A DNA stretch of 64,000 bases from Bacteroidota bacterium (GTDB lineage: Bacteria; Bacteroidota; Bacteroidia; Palsa-965), in assembly GCA_013298545.1 (NCBI GenBank), contig JAAFIA010000004.1, forward strand, positions 26,832 to 90,831. The letters run 5' to 3'. The notes under the pieces were generated by a model. The model worked only from the letters and a program-made list of their open reading frames with translations. It was not told the origin of the DNA and searched no databases. Below, piece by piece: positions 10,004-19,687 of this stretch. The position numbers were made by a program, and so were the translations under genes. Positions within the stretch are counted from its first letter, which is position 1; each line of letters begins with the position of its first letter.

Positions 10004-13000
10004 TTAGTACGTGATGGTACGTGTAATGATTTCGTTTGTTTCACTCTTCAAACGGATGGTGTAAACACCACGCTCTTTTGTTGATAGATCAATTTGTTTG
10101 CTGTATGTTCCAGAGAAGCTCGTCAGATCTTCGCGGTAAACAACTTGACCCAGCACGTCATAAATTTCGAGCACGTAGTTTTCTTTCTTATCCACATTGA
10201 ATCGCAATTCAAAACGACCGTCGTTTGGATTTGGATATAACGAGAAGAAGTTTGCCGCAGATGTACCTTCGATTCCAGTAATCATGATTGGTTGCGATTC
10301 AACAGAAGGACAGCCAATAGCATCATACACAACAACAGTATAGTTGCCTGTTTGTGTTGCGGTATAAGTTTGTGCAGTTGCGCCTGGGATCGGATTTCCA
10401 TTGAGGAACCACTGATAACTTGCTCCTGTTACAGACGATGTCAGTACGTTGCCAACATTGGTAATGGTTGGTGTTGCAGGTGTTGAACCAACAGTTACGG
10501 TTACAACAACCGTTGCCGTACAACCATTGATGTCTGTTCCTGTTACGGTGTACGATGTTGTTGTTGCTGGAGAAACGGTTACAGAAACGCCGCTAAGGTT
10601 GCCCGGATTCCACGTGTAAGTATCAGCGCCTTGCGCGGTAAGTGTTGTGGCATCGCCAGGGCAAATTTGTTGATTGCCGGTAGCGGTTACAGTAGGCGCG
10701 TCGTTTACGTTAATGGCAACTGTGCCAACGTTTGTACAGCCATTTGCATCTGTTCCTACAACGGTGTAAGTAGTATTTGACACAGGAGAAACAGTTACTG
10801 GAGATCCGCTGAGGTTGCCAGGGTTCCAAGTGTAGGTATTTGCTCCTGATCCGCTAAGAACGGTGCTGTTTCCAGTACAGAGTGTGGTATTCGATGCAGA
10901 CGCAGCAACAGTCGGTAAGCTATTGACGGTTACAGCAACGGTCGATGTATTTGTACAACCGTTTGCATCTGTTCCTGTTACGGTGTAAGTGGTTGTCGCA
11001 GTTGGTGCATCGGTTACAGAAGCACCGCTCAAATTACCCGGCATCCAGTTGTATGAAGATGCGCCACTAGCGGTCAACGAAACAGAAGATCCTTGGCAAA
11101 TTGCGGCATTGCCAGATGTTGCCGTAACGGTTGGCGGCGTATTGACCGTGATCGAAACAGTAGAGGTGTTTGTACAACCTGCAGCCGATGTTCCAGTTAC
11201 AGTATAGGTTGTGTTTGCTGTTGGAGCAACACTAACCGAAGAACCAGAGAGGTTGCCCGGATTCCAAGTGTATGTTGATGCGCCACTGGCATTCAGCGTT
11301 GTGTTTCCACCAGAACAAATTGTACTGCTTGTTGCGGTCGAAGAAATGGTTGGCAATTGATTGACCGTTACCAGAACAGTTGCTGTATTTACGCAGCCCG
11401 GGCCGTTTGAACCTGTTACGGTGTATGTCGTTGTCGTTGCTGGCGAAACGGTAACAGAAGCGCCACTCAAGTTGCCCGGCATCCAGTTGTACGTTGTCGC
11501 GCCATTGCCTGTCAGTGTTGCAGAATTGCCAATACAAATTGCCGCATTAGAAGTTGCTGCAGTTACTGTTGGCAAACTTCCTACTGTAATTGTAATGGTT
11601 TGAACGTTTGTGCAACCACTCGTAGTTCCTGTTACGGTGTACGTTGTTGTTACGGCAGGAGTAACGGTAATCGATGCACCACTCAAGTTGCCTGGTTGCC
11701 AGTTGTATGTGGTTGCGCCTGATGCCGACAAGGTAACAGGATTGCCTGTGCAGATACTTGTGCTCGAAGCGGTAGTCGTAACAGTTGGAGAAGGGTTAAC
11801 CGTAATGGTTTGGTTAAACGTGTCTGTGCAACCATTGGCTGCTGTTCCGGTTACGGTGTACGTTGTTGTTGTTGTTGGCGACACCGTTACAGAAGTACCA
11901 CTCAAATTGCCCGGTTGCCAAGTATAGGTGCTTCCACCAGCAGCCGTAATGGTTGTGCTGTTTCCAGAACAAATCGTTGCGAGTGCAGTTGACGCGGTTA
12001 CGTTTGGCGTTGTGTTAACCGTAATGGTTCGTGTTGTTGTTCCTGTACAGCCAGCAGAGGTACCTGTGATGGTATAGGTTGTTGTTACAGCAGGAGATAC
12101 AGTTACCGACGCACCACTCAAATTGCCCGGCATCCAATTGTAGGTTGTTGCTCCAGAAGCCGTGATGGTGGTGCTATTTCCAGAACAGATGGTGGTGTTT
12201 GTAGCTGTTGTGGTTACTGTTGGCGAAGGATTGACAGTAATAGTTTGATTCACCGTGTTTGTACAACCATTCGCCGCAGTTCCTACGATGGTGTAGGTTG
12301 TTGTTGTTGTTGGCGACACCGTGTTTGAAGCACCACTTAAATTACCCGGTTGCCAGTTGTACGTGCTTGCACCAGAGGCTGTGATGGTTGTACTGTTTCC
12401 AGAACAAATTGTAGCGAGCGCAGTTGATGCTGTTACGGTTGGTGAGGTATTAACCGTAATGGTTCGTGTTGTTGTTCCTGTACAGCCACCTGTAGTTCCG
12501 GTGATGGTATAAGTTGTCGTTGTTGCAGGAGATACTGTTACTGAAGCACCACTCAAATTACCCGGCATCCAATTGTAGGTTGTTGCTCCAGAGGCAGTAA
12601 TGGTTGTACTATTGCCAGAACAAATCGTCGTATTTGTCGCCGTAGTTGTAACGGTTGGACTTGGCGTAACGGTTATCTGAACGGTTGAAGTCGCAGAACA
12701 ACCTGCCGATGTTCCCGTTAAGGTATAAGTTGTCGTTGTTACAGGAGATACCGTTACTGAAGCGCCACTCAAATTGCCCGGCATCCAGTTATACGTTGAT
12801 GCACCAGTAGCCGTGAGTGTTGTACTGTTTCCAGTACAAATGGCTGTATTTGATGCCGTAGCGGTTACCGTTGGTGTTGGATTTACAGTAATGGTACGCG
12901 TTGATGTTCCCGTACAACCAGCCGATGTTCCCGTAATGGTGTATGTTGTTGTTGTTGTTGGCGACACCGTATTTGAAGCACCAGTCAAACTACCGGGCAT

Positions 13001-16000
13001 CCAGTTGTAGGTTGTAGCACCAGAAGCGGTAATGGTTGTGTTGTTGCCCGAACAAATGGTTGTACTGGTTGCCGTAGTTGTAACGGTTGGAGTAGCGTTT
13101 ACAGTAATAACCTGTGTGGCACTACTGTTGCCATTTCCATTGGTAGCGGTGAGTGAAACAGTATATGTTCCGGGTGTGTTCCAAACAATACCAGAAGGAT
13201 TTTGTGCTGTTGACGATGCCGGAGTTCCACTCGGGAATGTCCAAGCCCAACTTGTTGGGCCGCCTGTTGAAGCATCGGTAAAATTGACGGTTGCGCCTGT
13301 ACATACTGTTGTTGCGCTTGCGGTAAATGCAGCAACTGGGCCAGCAGCAGCGTTTCCGGCAAGGTTTACGTTATCAACATAAAGCGCTTGTCCGTAGCGT
13401 CCGCGGTTGCGGAATGCGACGAGCACAGAACCTTGACCAACATAGGCATTTAGGTTAACTGATTCGTTGCGCCATTGTGCGTTTGTTGGAACAAAAATGG
13501 TTGCTGTTTGATCGGGAGCGGTTGCAAGTGTTGTGCCTCCTTTCAAATAAACCGAAGTCCATGTTGCTCCACAATTGGTAGAAACAACGACTTCAAGTGT
13601 ATCGGAATAGGTAGCGTCGTAGCGCGCATAAGCGACATCAAATGTTAACGAGCAGGTAGTGAGTGCAGAAAAATTAAGGCGAGGCATAATCATCTCGTCT
13701 CGTGCACCTGCTACGTCCATTGTATAGTTATCAAATCGAGCACTTGCGGTTGAGTTGTAACCAACTGTTTGACGGTTCCAATAAATACCATCGTTATTGA
13801 TGTTGTTTGCCGTCCAGCCCGCAGGGAGGAATGTTGTTGATTCAAATCCTTCCGATATAGGCGGATTTTGAACACCAAGAACTGTAATGACTTGCGTAGT
13901 AGCATTGCTGCCGTTTGCGTTTGTTGCAGTAAGCGTTACCGTATATGTTCCGGGTGTATTCCAAACAATACCGCTTGGATTTTGTGCCGTTGATGTTGAT
14001 GGAGTTCCACTTGGGAAAGTCCAAGCCCAAGAGGTTGGAACAAAAGAGGATTGGTCGGTAAAGTTTACGCCCACTCCCGTGCATGTTGTAAATGTGCTTG
14101 GAGTAAATTGCGCCACCGGAGGCAATGTTCCGGGATTGTAAATATCAACTTCCCAAACACCACGTCCATACGTTGCCGCGCGAAGCTTGCCTGTTGGGGC
14201 ATAAACTTCAAGATCTTCGATACCGCAATTCGGAATACCAGTGAGGTAAGGCTGCCAAGAAGCGAATGTATTATCGATGTAATACACGCCAACATCCATA
14301 CCTACATAAGCCGCATCATTTGTTGCACCTGGCATATAAGTAATACAGTTTGCAGGAAGATTTGGAAGGCCCGTAGAAAGGTTTGTCCATGCTCCGCCAC
14401 CATTGGTAGTTTTATATACTTTATTTCCAGAAGAATAGCCAGAGAATGTTACCAAAACGGTGTTTGGATCATTTGGTTTAATAGCCAATCGAGTAATGGC
14501 CGCCGAACCAACAGGAAGTGTACCCGTTACGTTTGTCCAAGCACCACCACCATTGGTTGATTTCCAGACTTGGTTAGAGCGGCACACATAAATCACCTGA
14601 TTGTTTGATGGGGCAACTTGAATATCGACAATTGTTCCTGATCCAGTTAATGTGCCTTGTTGCGTCCAATTCGTTCCTTGGTTGGTTGACTTAAAGACTT
14701 GTGTATAACCCGCCCAAAGTGTATTGGCTGTTGTCGGATCTTGTACCCAAGGCGTAACCCATGCTGCATTTCCTGTAAGGCCAGTAATAATTCCTGTCCA
14801 TGTAGCACCGCCATTGGTTGTTCGGTTAAAGTTACCATTGTATTGCTCGCCATACATGACATTGTTGTTTGTGCGATCAACAAAGCAAGTCATACCATCG
14901 CCGCCCATCGTTTCGGAATAACCCGCACCGTTGCGCAGGTTCGTTCCATTGTCTTGGTGGCCAGTGAGCCAGTATGTAGGATTAGAGGCAGATAAACCAA
15001 TACGATAGATTTGAGCGATGCAAAGATTTGCTGAAATATCGGCCCAAGCACCGCCGCTGTTGGTTGTTTTAAACACACCACCGTCGCAACCTGCAAAATA
15101 AGTTGTACCACTTCCGGGCAAGAACACGAGATCGTGAACGTCTGCATGCACATAAGGTGCGCCGGTGCCAGTCCAGTGTCCATTGATTGTCCATGTTGTA
15201 CCGCCGTTTGTGGAGCGCCAAATATTGACACCACCTACAATAATTTGGTCTTGGTTGAGTGGAGAAGCGGCAATGGCTAAATCATACCAACTTTGTCCAC
15301 CAGTATCGCTACCTGTGCTTGACCAACCCAGCACGTTTGGTGTTGTAGAGCGTGAAGCAAATGTTGTTCCGCTATCGGTAGAGCGATAAAGGCCATAAAA
15401 ACCACTATTGGCATTGCTTCCAGCTAAAATATACACATAAGCAGGATTTGCTGCGGTAACAGCAATTGCTAAACGGTTGTTTTGTGCGCTTGTTGGAAGG
15501 CCAGAGGTAATGTTTGTCCATGTTGCACCGCTGTTTGTTGATTTATAGAACAATGTTCCAGCAGCATAAATGGTTGTCGGATCGCCAGGTTTAAATTCTG
15601 CATCTTTAATGTTGGCCGTACTTACTTGAGCCCAATTTACACCAGCATCAGTCGAACGCCAGATACCCGCACTGGAGAAGGCCATGATGATTTGTGGATT
15701 GGATGGGTTGATGAGCAATTTGCTAATCACGCGGCCTTGGTTTACTGTCCAAGTCAAGCCTGATGTATTCCATGTAGTACCACCATCAGTCGATTTTAAA
15801 ACGCCAATCGAGTAAGAGTCGCCCGCATCGCCATCGCCAGTAGCCAAATACATGATTTGTGTATTGGTTGGATCAATAGCCACATCGGTACAGCCGATGA
15901 CGGTCAGAAAATCGGTATTGGTTGTCCAACTAACACCTCCGTTAATTGATTTCCAGAGGCCGCCATCGGGAGCGCCAGCCCACATGGTAGTGCTGTTGGT

Positions 16001-16540
16001 GGGGTCAAAACGCACAAAATTGATACGCCCCGCGCCGCCGCCAGAAGGAGCGCCAGTTGGCCCAGCAAACGTCCATGTGCTCGACATAATCGAGTTGGAA
16101 TTGTTCTGGAAATAGTTTTGTTGATTTTGTTGGCCTTGCATCCATTGTTGAAGCGCAGCAGGATTGCTTTGCAAATAGCTATTGAATTTGGCCGTAGTTG
16201 TAGAAGGCAAGCTCAAATCGCCAGAAGGATAAACACGGGGTTCCATGCGGTATTCCCAGCGTTTAAAAGCCTTGTAGCCACCACGCATATTGGGCATGGG
16301 GGTAATATTCTGTGGGTTTATGGTTGAGAATTTAGAACCCGCTTGCGCATTGTCTTGACGCGCCTGCATCAATTGTTGTTCGCGTGCGCCCCAGATACTA
16401 TAAAAATTGGCCTGAATGTCGTAGAAGTTCGTTCCTGGAGCGTTTTGTATAAACTCGCGCCAATCTTGTGCATACAAAGACGATGTGGCAGAAAGCAAAA
16501 CAAAAAGAACCCAGCGAAAGCGTAAAAAATTACGAATCAT
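10004..16540 (-). CDS. giant (2178 aa) BNR/Asp-box surface protein with 2 PKD-like domains, 12 tandem ~75-aa Cys-containing Ig-like repeats and T9SS type-A CTD; paralog of the 5543..9862 protein
   Basis: True start MIRNFLRFRWVLFVLLSATSSLYAQ at 16540 (the ORF-track start at 16648 adds junk residues). The N-terminal ~800 aa are collinear with the upstream paralog (WTFAGPTGAPSGGGAGRINFVRFDP vs WSFVGPTGAPIDGGAGRINFIRFLP). Repeats of the form ..ICSGNSTTITASGATTYNWMPGNLSGASVTVSPATTTTYTITGT..GC.. x12. C-terminal CTD ...GVYTIRLKSETNEIITRTITY. Confidence 0.85.
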   Translation of the reverse strand: MIRNFLRFRWVLFVLLSATSSLYAQDWREFIQNAPGTNFYDIQANFYSIWGAREQQLMQARQDNAQAGSKFSTINPQNITPMPNMRGGYKAFKRWEYRMEPRVYPSGDLSLPSTTTAKFNSYLQSNPAALQQWMQGQQNQQNYFQNNSNSIMSSTWTFAGPTGAPSGGGAGRINFVRFDPTNSTTMWAGAPDGGLWKSINGGVSWTTNTDFLTVIGCTDVAIDPTNTQIMYLATGDGDAGDSYSIGVLKSTDGGTTWNTSGLTWTVNQGRVISKLLINPSNPQIIMAFSSAGIWRSTDAGVNWAQVSTANIKDAEFKPGDPTTIYAAGTLFYKSTNSGATWTNITSGLPTSAQNNRLAIAVTAANPAYVYILAGSNANSGFYGLYRSTDSGTTFASRSTTPNVLGWSSTGSDTGGQSWYDLAIAASPLNQDQIIVGGVNIWRSTNGGTTWTINGHWTGTGAPYVHADVHDLVFLPGSGTTYFAGCDGGVFKTTNSGGAWADISANLCIAQIYRIGLSASNPTYWLTGHQDNGTNLRNGAGYSETMGGDGMTCFVDRTNNNVMYGEQYNGNFNRTTNGGATWTGIITGLTGNAAWVTPWVQDPTTANTLWAGYTQVFKSTNQGTNWTQQGTLTGSGTIVDIQVAPSNNQVIYVCRSNQVWKSTNGGGAWTNVTGTLPVGSAAITRLAIKPNDPNTVLVTFSGYSSGNKVYKTTNGGGAWTNLSTGLPNLPANCITYMPGATNDAAYVGMDVGVYYIDNTFASWQPYLTGIPNCGIEDLEVYAPTGKLRAATYGRGVWEVDIYNPGTLPPVAQFTPSTFTTCTGVGVNFTDQSSFVPTSWAWTFPSGTPSTSTAQNPSGIVWNTPGTYTVTLTATNANGSNATTQVITVLGVQNPPISEGFESTTFLPAGWTANNINNDGIYWNRQTVGYNSTASARFDNYTMDVAGARDEMIMPRLNFSALTTCSLTFDVAYARYDATYSDTLEVVVSTNCGATWTSVYLKGGTTLATAPDQTATIFVPTNAQWRNESVNLNAYVGQGSVLVAFRNRGRYGQALYVDNVNLAGNAAAGPVAAFTASATTVCTGATVNFTDASTGGPTSWAWTFPSGTPASSTAQNPSGIVWNTPGTYTVSLTATNGNGNSSATQVITVNATPTVTTTATSTTICSGNNTTITASGATTYNWMPGSLTGASNTVSPTTTTTYTITGTSAGCTGTSTRTITVNPTPTVTATASNTAICTGNSTTLTATGASTYNWMPGNLSGASVTVSPVTTTTYTLTGTSAGCSATSTVQITVTPSPTVTTTATNTTICSGNSTTITASGATTYNWMPGNLSGASVTVSPATTTTYTITGTTGGCTGTTTRTITVNTSPTVTASTALATICSGNSTTITASGASTYNWQPGNLSGASNTVSPTTTTTYTIVGTAANGCTNTVNQTITVNPSPTVTTTATNTTICSGNSTTITASGATTYNWMPGNLSGASVTVSPAVTTTYTITGTSAGCTGTTTRTITVNTTPNVTASTALATICSGNSTTITAAGGSTYTWQPGNLSGTSVTVSPTTTTTYTVTGTAANGCTDTFNQTITVNPSPTVTTTASSTSICTGNPVTLSASGATTYNWQPGNLSGASITVTPAVTTTYTVTGTTSGCTNVQTITITVGSLPTVTAATSNAAICIGNSATLTGNGATTYNWMPGNLSGASVTVSPATTTTYTVTGSNGPGCVNTATVLVTVNQLPTISSTATSSTICSGGNTTLNASGASTYTWNPGNLSGSSVSVAPTANTTYTVTGTSAAGCTNTSTVSITVNTPPTVTATSGNAAICQGSSVSLTASGASSYNWMPGNLSGASVTDAPTATTTYTVTGTDANGCTNTSTVAVTVNSLPTVAASASNTTLCTGNSTVLSGSGANTYTWNPGNLSGSPVTVSPVSNTTYTVVGTDANGCTNVGTVAINVNDAPTVTATGNQQICPGDATTLTAQGADTYTWNPGNLSGVSVTVSPATTTSYTVTGTDINGCTATVVVTVTVGSTPATPTITNVGNVLTSSVTGASYQWFLNGNPIPGATAQTYTATQTGNYTVVVYDAIGCPSVESQPIMITGIEGTSAANFFSLYPNPNDGRFELRFNVDKKENYVLEIYDVLGQVVYREDLTSFSGTYSKQIDLSTKERGVYTIRLKSETNEIITRTITY
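10490..13110 (-). repeat. in-frame tandem DNA repeats (~225-228 bp unit, ~12 copies, ~85-95% identity) encoding the Ig-like repeat block
   Basis: Near-identical DNA blocks, for example 12030-12260 versus 12450-12680. The antisense strand yields repeated spurious ORFs with PLKLPGIQLY-type translations. Confidence 0.8.
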
Positions 16541-16875
16541 AATACGTGGTGTTTGGTTGGTGTGGTAATTCTTATTGAATAGGTGCGAAATAGAAAAAAT
16601 TACATAAGAAGTGCCAAAAAAGATCAAGAAGATGTCAAAATACGACAAGTCCTAAGCCGCTTCTAAAATTTGTACTCGTTCTATTTACACAGCAACAAGT
16701 TACGCGTTATAACATAGAAAAGGTTCTTTTTTTAGACAAAAGCACCAAAATACTCGCCAAGTGCTAAAAAAATGTTTTTTAAAATGATAAACACTAAAAT
16801 GTTCATTAAATACCTCGCCTTACCCCAAAATTGCCAAAGCCTCTTTCTAGTTTAGCTACCAATAATTCCAACGGT

Positions 16876-18222
16876 ATGGCAAAGAGCAAAAAAGTAACTG
16901 TCGAAAAGAAAATATTTGTACTGGACACCTCAGTCATTATATACGACCATCAAGCCATTAAAAATTTTAAAGAACACGATGTTGTTGTTCCCATTGCTGT
17001 GCTCGAGGAGCTTGACAATTTCAAAAAAGGAAACGATACCAAGAATTTTGCTGCGCGTGAATTTACGCGCTATGTCGATAAAATTTCGGGACGCAATACC
17101 TTGCAAGATTGGGTCAATATTAATGGACGTGGGCACGGCTTGTTCAAAATCGAAATGAATCAATCGCCGAAAATTGATGCAGAAAAAGTATTTGGCGAAC
17201 GCAAAGCCGATCACCGCATCATCAACTCGGCCTTGTGTCTTGCCGAACAATATCCGAACCGGAAAGTTATTCTCATTACCAAAGACATCAACCTGCGTAT
17301 CAAGGCAAAATCGCTCAACCTGCAAGCCGAAGATTACGAAACAGGGAAAATAAAAGACCTCACCGAATTATACTCCGGCAATACAACCATCGAGCGCGCT
17401 CCGGTTGCTTCCATCAACGAGTTGTATGAGCAAGAATCGTGTGCAAGCGAGGCGGTTTTCAAAAAAGAAAAACCCGTTGCCAATCATTATTACATTTTAA
17501 AAAACGGGCAAAAATCTGTTCTTGCCAATTACAACCCGAATAACAACCGCCTCGAACGCATTCGTAAAAATGCAGCATTCAATATTACACCACGCAATGC
17601 CGAACAAACGTTTGCGCTCGATGCGATTTTGCGTCCCGATATTCGTTTGGTAACCATTCAAGGCGTAGCCGGAACAGGGAAAACATTGCTCTCGCTGGCT
17701 GGCGCGCTCGAACAACGCCGCAACTACCATCAGATTTACCTCGCGCGCCCGGTTGTTCCACTTAGTAATAAAGACATTGGTTATTTGCCAGGCGACATCA
17801 AATCAAAACTCAATCCCTACATGGAGCCGCTCTGGGATAATTTGAAATTTATCAAGAGCACCTTCAGCGAAAAAGACCGCGAGTTTAAACAAATCAACGA
17901 AATGGTTGAAAACGAAAAACTCGTTGTTTGTCCACTCGCATACATTCGCGGACGTAGTTTATCGAATGTGTTTTTTATTGTCGATGAAGCGCAAAACCTT
18001 ACGCCACACGAAGTCAAAACGATCATCAGTCGCGCCGGAGAAAACACCAAAATTGTTTTTACGGGCGATATTTATCAAATCGACACACCTTATCTCGATA
18101 CCCAATCGAACGGCTTGTCGTACATGATCGACCGCCTCAAAGGGAAAGAATTGTATGCACACATCACGCTCGAAAAAGGAGAACGAAGCGAGTTGGCCAA
18201 TTTAGCAAACAGTTATTTGTAA
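16876..18222 (+). CDS. PhoH-like ATPase with N-terminal PIN domain (PhoH2/YlaK-type)
   Basis: N-terminal PIN-like segment (KKIFVLDTSVIIYD...PIAVLEELD) and a PhoH P-loop (QGVAGTGKTLLSLAGAL) with Walker B FFIVDEAQNL. ATG at 16876 (MAKSKK); the track start at 16831 is a TTG. Confidence 0.85.
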   Translation: MAKSKKVTVEKKIFVLDTSVIIYDHQAIKNFKEHDVVVPIAVLEELDNFKKGNDTKNFAAREFTRYVDKISGRNTLQDWVNINGRGHGLFKIEMNQSPKIDAEKVFGERKADHRIINSALCLAEQYPNRKVILITKDINLRIKAKSLNLQAEDYETGKIKDLTELYSGNTTIERAPVASINELYEQESCASEAVFKKEKPVANHYYILKNGQKSVLANYNPNNNRLERIRKNAAFNITPRNAEQTFALDAILRPDIRLVTIQGVAGTGKTLLSLAGALEQRRNYHQIYLARPVVPLSNKDIGYLPGDIKSKLNPYMEPLWDNLKFIKSTFSEKDREFKQINEMVENEKLVVCPLAYIRGRSLSNVFFIVDEAQNLTPHEVKTIISRAGENTKIVFTGDIYQIDTPYLDTQSNGLSYMIDRLKGKELYAHITLEKGERSELANLANSYL

Positions 18223-18380
18223 TTAGTTGATAGAACAACTAATTAGCATAAAAATTTAGATCCGAGTCAGGAACCGCCAAACGGAACGCGAGCCATGAGC
18301 GCCCACTCCGCAAGGCGGTTCTTTGATTTTATACCTATCGGCGATAATGGATAAAACACGATTTGTACATCCATGACAAA

Positions 18381-18713
18381 TCAATGCGCATCGAAAAACT
18401 GGGCAACGCTTGTTTGGTGTAAAAGCCGTTCGGCTTCTTGTATCGCTGCTGCACGAATTTCGGCATAACCCATATCTTCCGGCAAGGCCAATACATTTGG
18501 AATAAGATCGGTACGGATTTCGTGCGCTTTCGGGAACTCCTCAAACGCATAGAGCCGACAACCTTTGTGTTTCCCTTCGGGGCAAAACAGAAAAAGAAAA
18601 AATTTTTGTTCGAGTGAAAAAGAAAAAACGGTCCACTTCTGCGGATTGAAACCATCACAGCCTGCCTGTTCAAGTGTTTCAAAAACAAGGAGGTCGTTGG
18701 TGATTAGTTTCAT
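18381..18713 (-). CDS. hypothetical protein (110 aa)
   Basis: Its only support is a 333-bp ORF filling the gap between the PhoH-like and rhodanese genes. No recognisable motif. An ORF overlapping it in another frame is rejected. Confidence 0.4.
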   Translation of the reverse strand: MKLITNDLLVFETLEQAGCDGFNPQKWTVFSFSLEQKFFLFLFCPEGKHKGCRLYAFEEFPKAHEIRTDLIPNVLALPEDMGYAEIRAAAIQEAERLLHQTSVAQFFDAH

Positions 18714-18777
18714 ACAACGAAATTAAACATCTGCCGATAAAGAAATCACGTAAATTTGAATAAGATAAAACAAGCAC

Positions 18778-19485
18778 ATGAAACGAATTGCTTTTTTAGG
18801 AATCTTTTTGGCGCATCTCTTTTCCGCAAACGCGCAGGAACGCCTTGCTCCTGTTGATTTTCAGAAAAAACTAGAACAAACACCGAACGCTATTTTGCTC
18901 GATGTGCGCACTCAAAAAGAGATCAATAAATACTACATTGATAGCAGTGCGGTTTTCCTCGATTTTTACGATAGTCTTTTTGCTTCACGACTTCGTACAC
19001 TCGACACAACGCGTCCGGTTTTTGTGTATTGCGCCATTGGCGTAAGAAGTCACGATGCTGCGCTTATGTTGCGTAAAGCGGGATTTGACGAGGTGTATGA
19101 TTTACGTGGCGGAATTATGAACTGGAAAATGGATGGTTTGTCTTATGTCAAACCTGTTGGGTCGGTAGAAGAGCGTGGCATGAGTCAGGAAGAATTCAAG
19201 CAATCGCTAGCAGGAAAAAAATTGGTTTTAGTCGATTTTTATGCGCCTTGGTGTGCGCCTTGCAAAATTATGGTTCCCGCCCTCGATTCCCTCGCTGCTC
19301 AAATGGGCGATTCCGTTACGGTTGTCAAAGTCAATGGCGACGAGCATTTGGGCTTGATGAAAGAAATGAATATTCGCGAATTGCCGATGGTTATGATTTA
19401 CGAAGGATCAACAGAAATGTATCGACGTGTAGGGTTTATGAGTCGCGAAGACATGATGAAACTGGTTCGGGAATATTATAAGTAA
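18778..19485 (+). CDS. secreted rhodanese-domain / thioredoxin fusion protein
   Basis: Signal peptide MKRIAFLGIFLAHLFSANAQ. Rhodanese active-site loop VFVYCAIGVRS. Thioredoxin motif FYAPWCAPCK. Confidence 0.8.
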   Translation: MKRIAFLGIFLAHLFSANAQERLAPVDFQKKLEQTPNAILLDVRTQKEINKYYIDSSAVFLDFYDSLFASRLRTLDTTRPVFVYCAIGVRSHDAALMLRKAGFDEVYDLRGGIMNWKMDGLSYVKPVGSVEERGMSQEEFKQSLAGKKLVLVDFYAPWCAPCKIMVPALDSLAAQMGDSVTVVKVNGDEHLGLMKEMNIRELPMVMIYEGSTEMYRRVGFMSREDMMKLVREYYK

Positions 19486-19564
19486 AATGCTAGTGTGCTT
19501 TCTACGCGCTATGCCAGCGCAGATATGAGATTTGTGACGAGAGGCATGAGACTGGGCCGTTATA

Positions 19565-19619
19565 GAATTAATGAGTTGGTAAATTGGAGAATTGGCGATT
19601 TACCAACTCACTAATTCAC
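19565..19619. repeat. palindromic intergenic element (family copy E1)
   Basis: gaattaatgagttggtaaat / atttaccaactcactaattcac inverted arms (~20 bp) with a 13-nt loop, followed by aaactgcgcg. Lies between the convergent rhodanese-Trx and cvpA genes. Confidence 0.6.
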
Positions 19620-19687
19620 AAACTGCGCGAAAGCATGTGCGGTCTCTCGTCTCAAATCACACGTCTAACTTTTTTGAATTCACAGCT

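Noticed and set aside
10989-13382. Series of plus-strand ORFs (10989..11207, 11361..11603, 11610..11927, 12321..12512, 12774..13010, 13032..13382) with repeated PLKLPG(I/C)QLY translations
   Set aside because: They are antisense shadows of the tandem Ig-like repeat array of the 10004..16540 adhesin gene. Their periodicity mirrors the sense-strand repeats, and the sense ORF has the signal peptide, domains and CTD.
16540-16648. ORF-track N-terminal extensions (e.g. 16648, 9934, 25703, 21365, 42259, 55852, 41640, 46982)
   Set aside because: The ORF track reports the longest ORF including TTG/GTG starts. In each case an internal start gives a canonical signal peptide or a homolog's N-terminus, and the extension often overlaps a neighbouring gene. 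The shorter starts were used.
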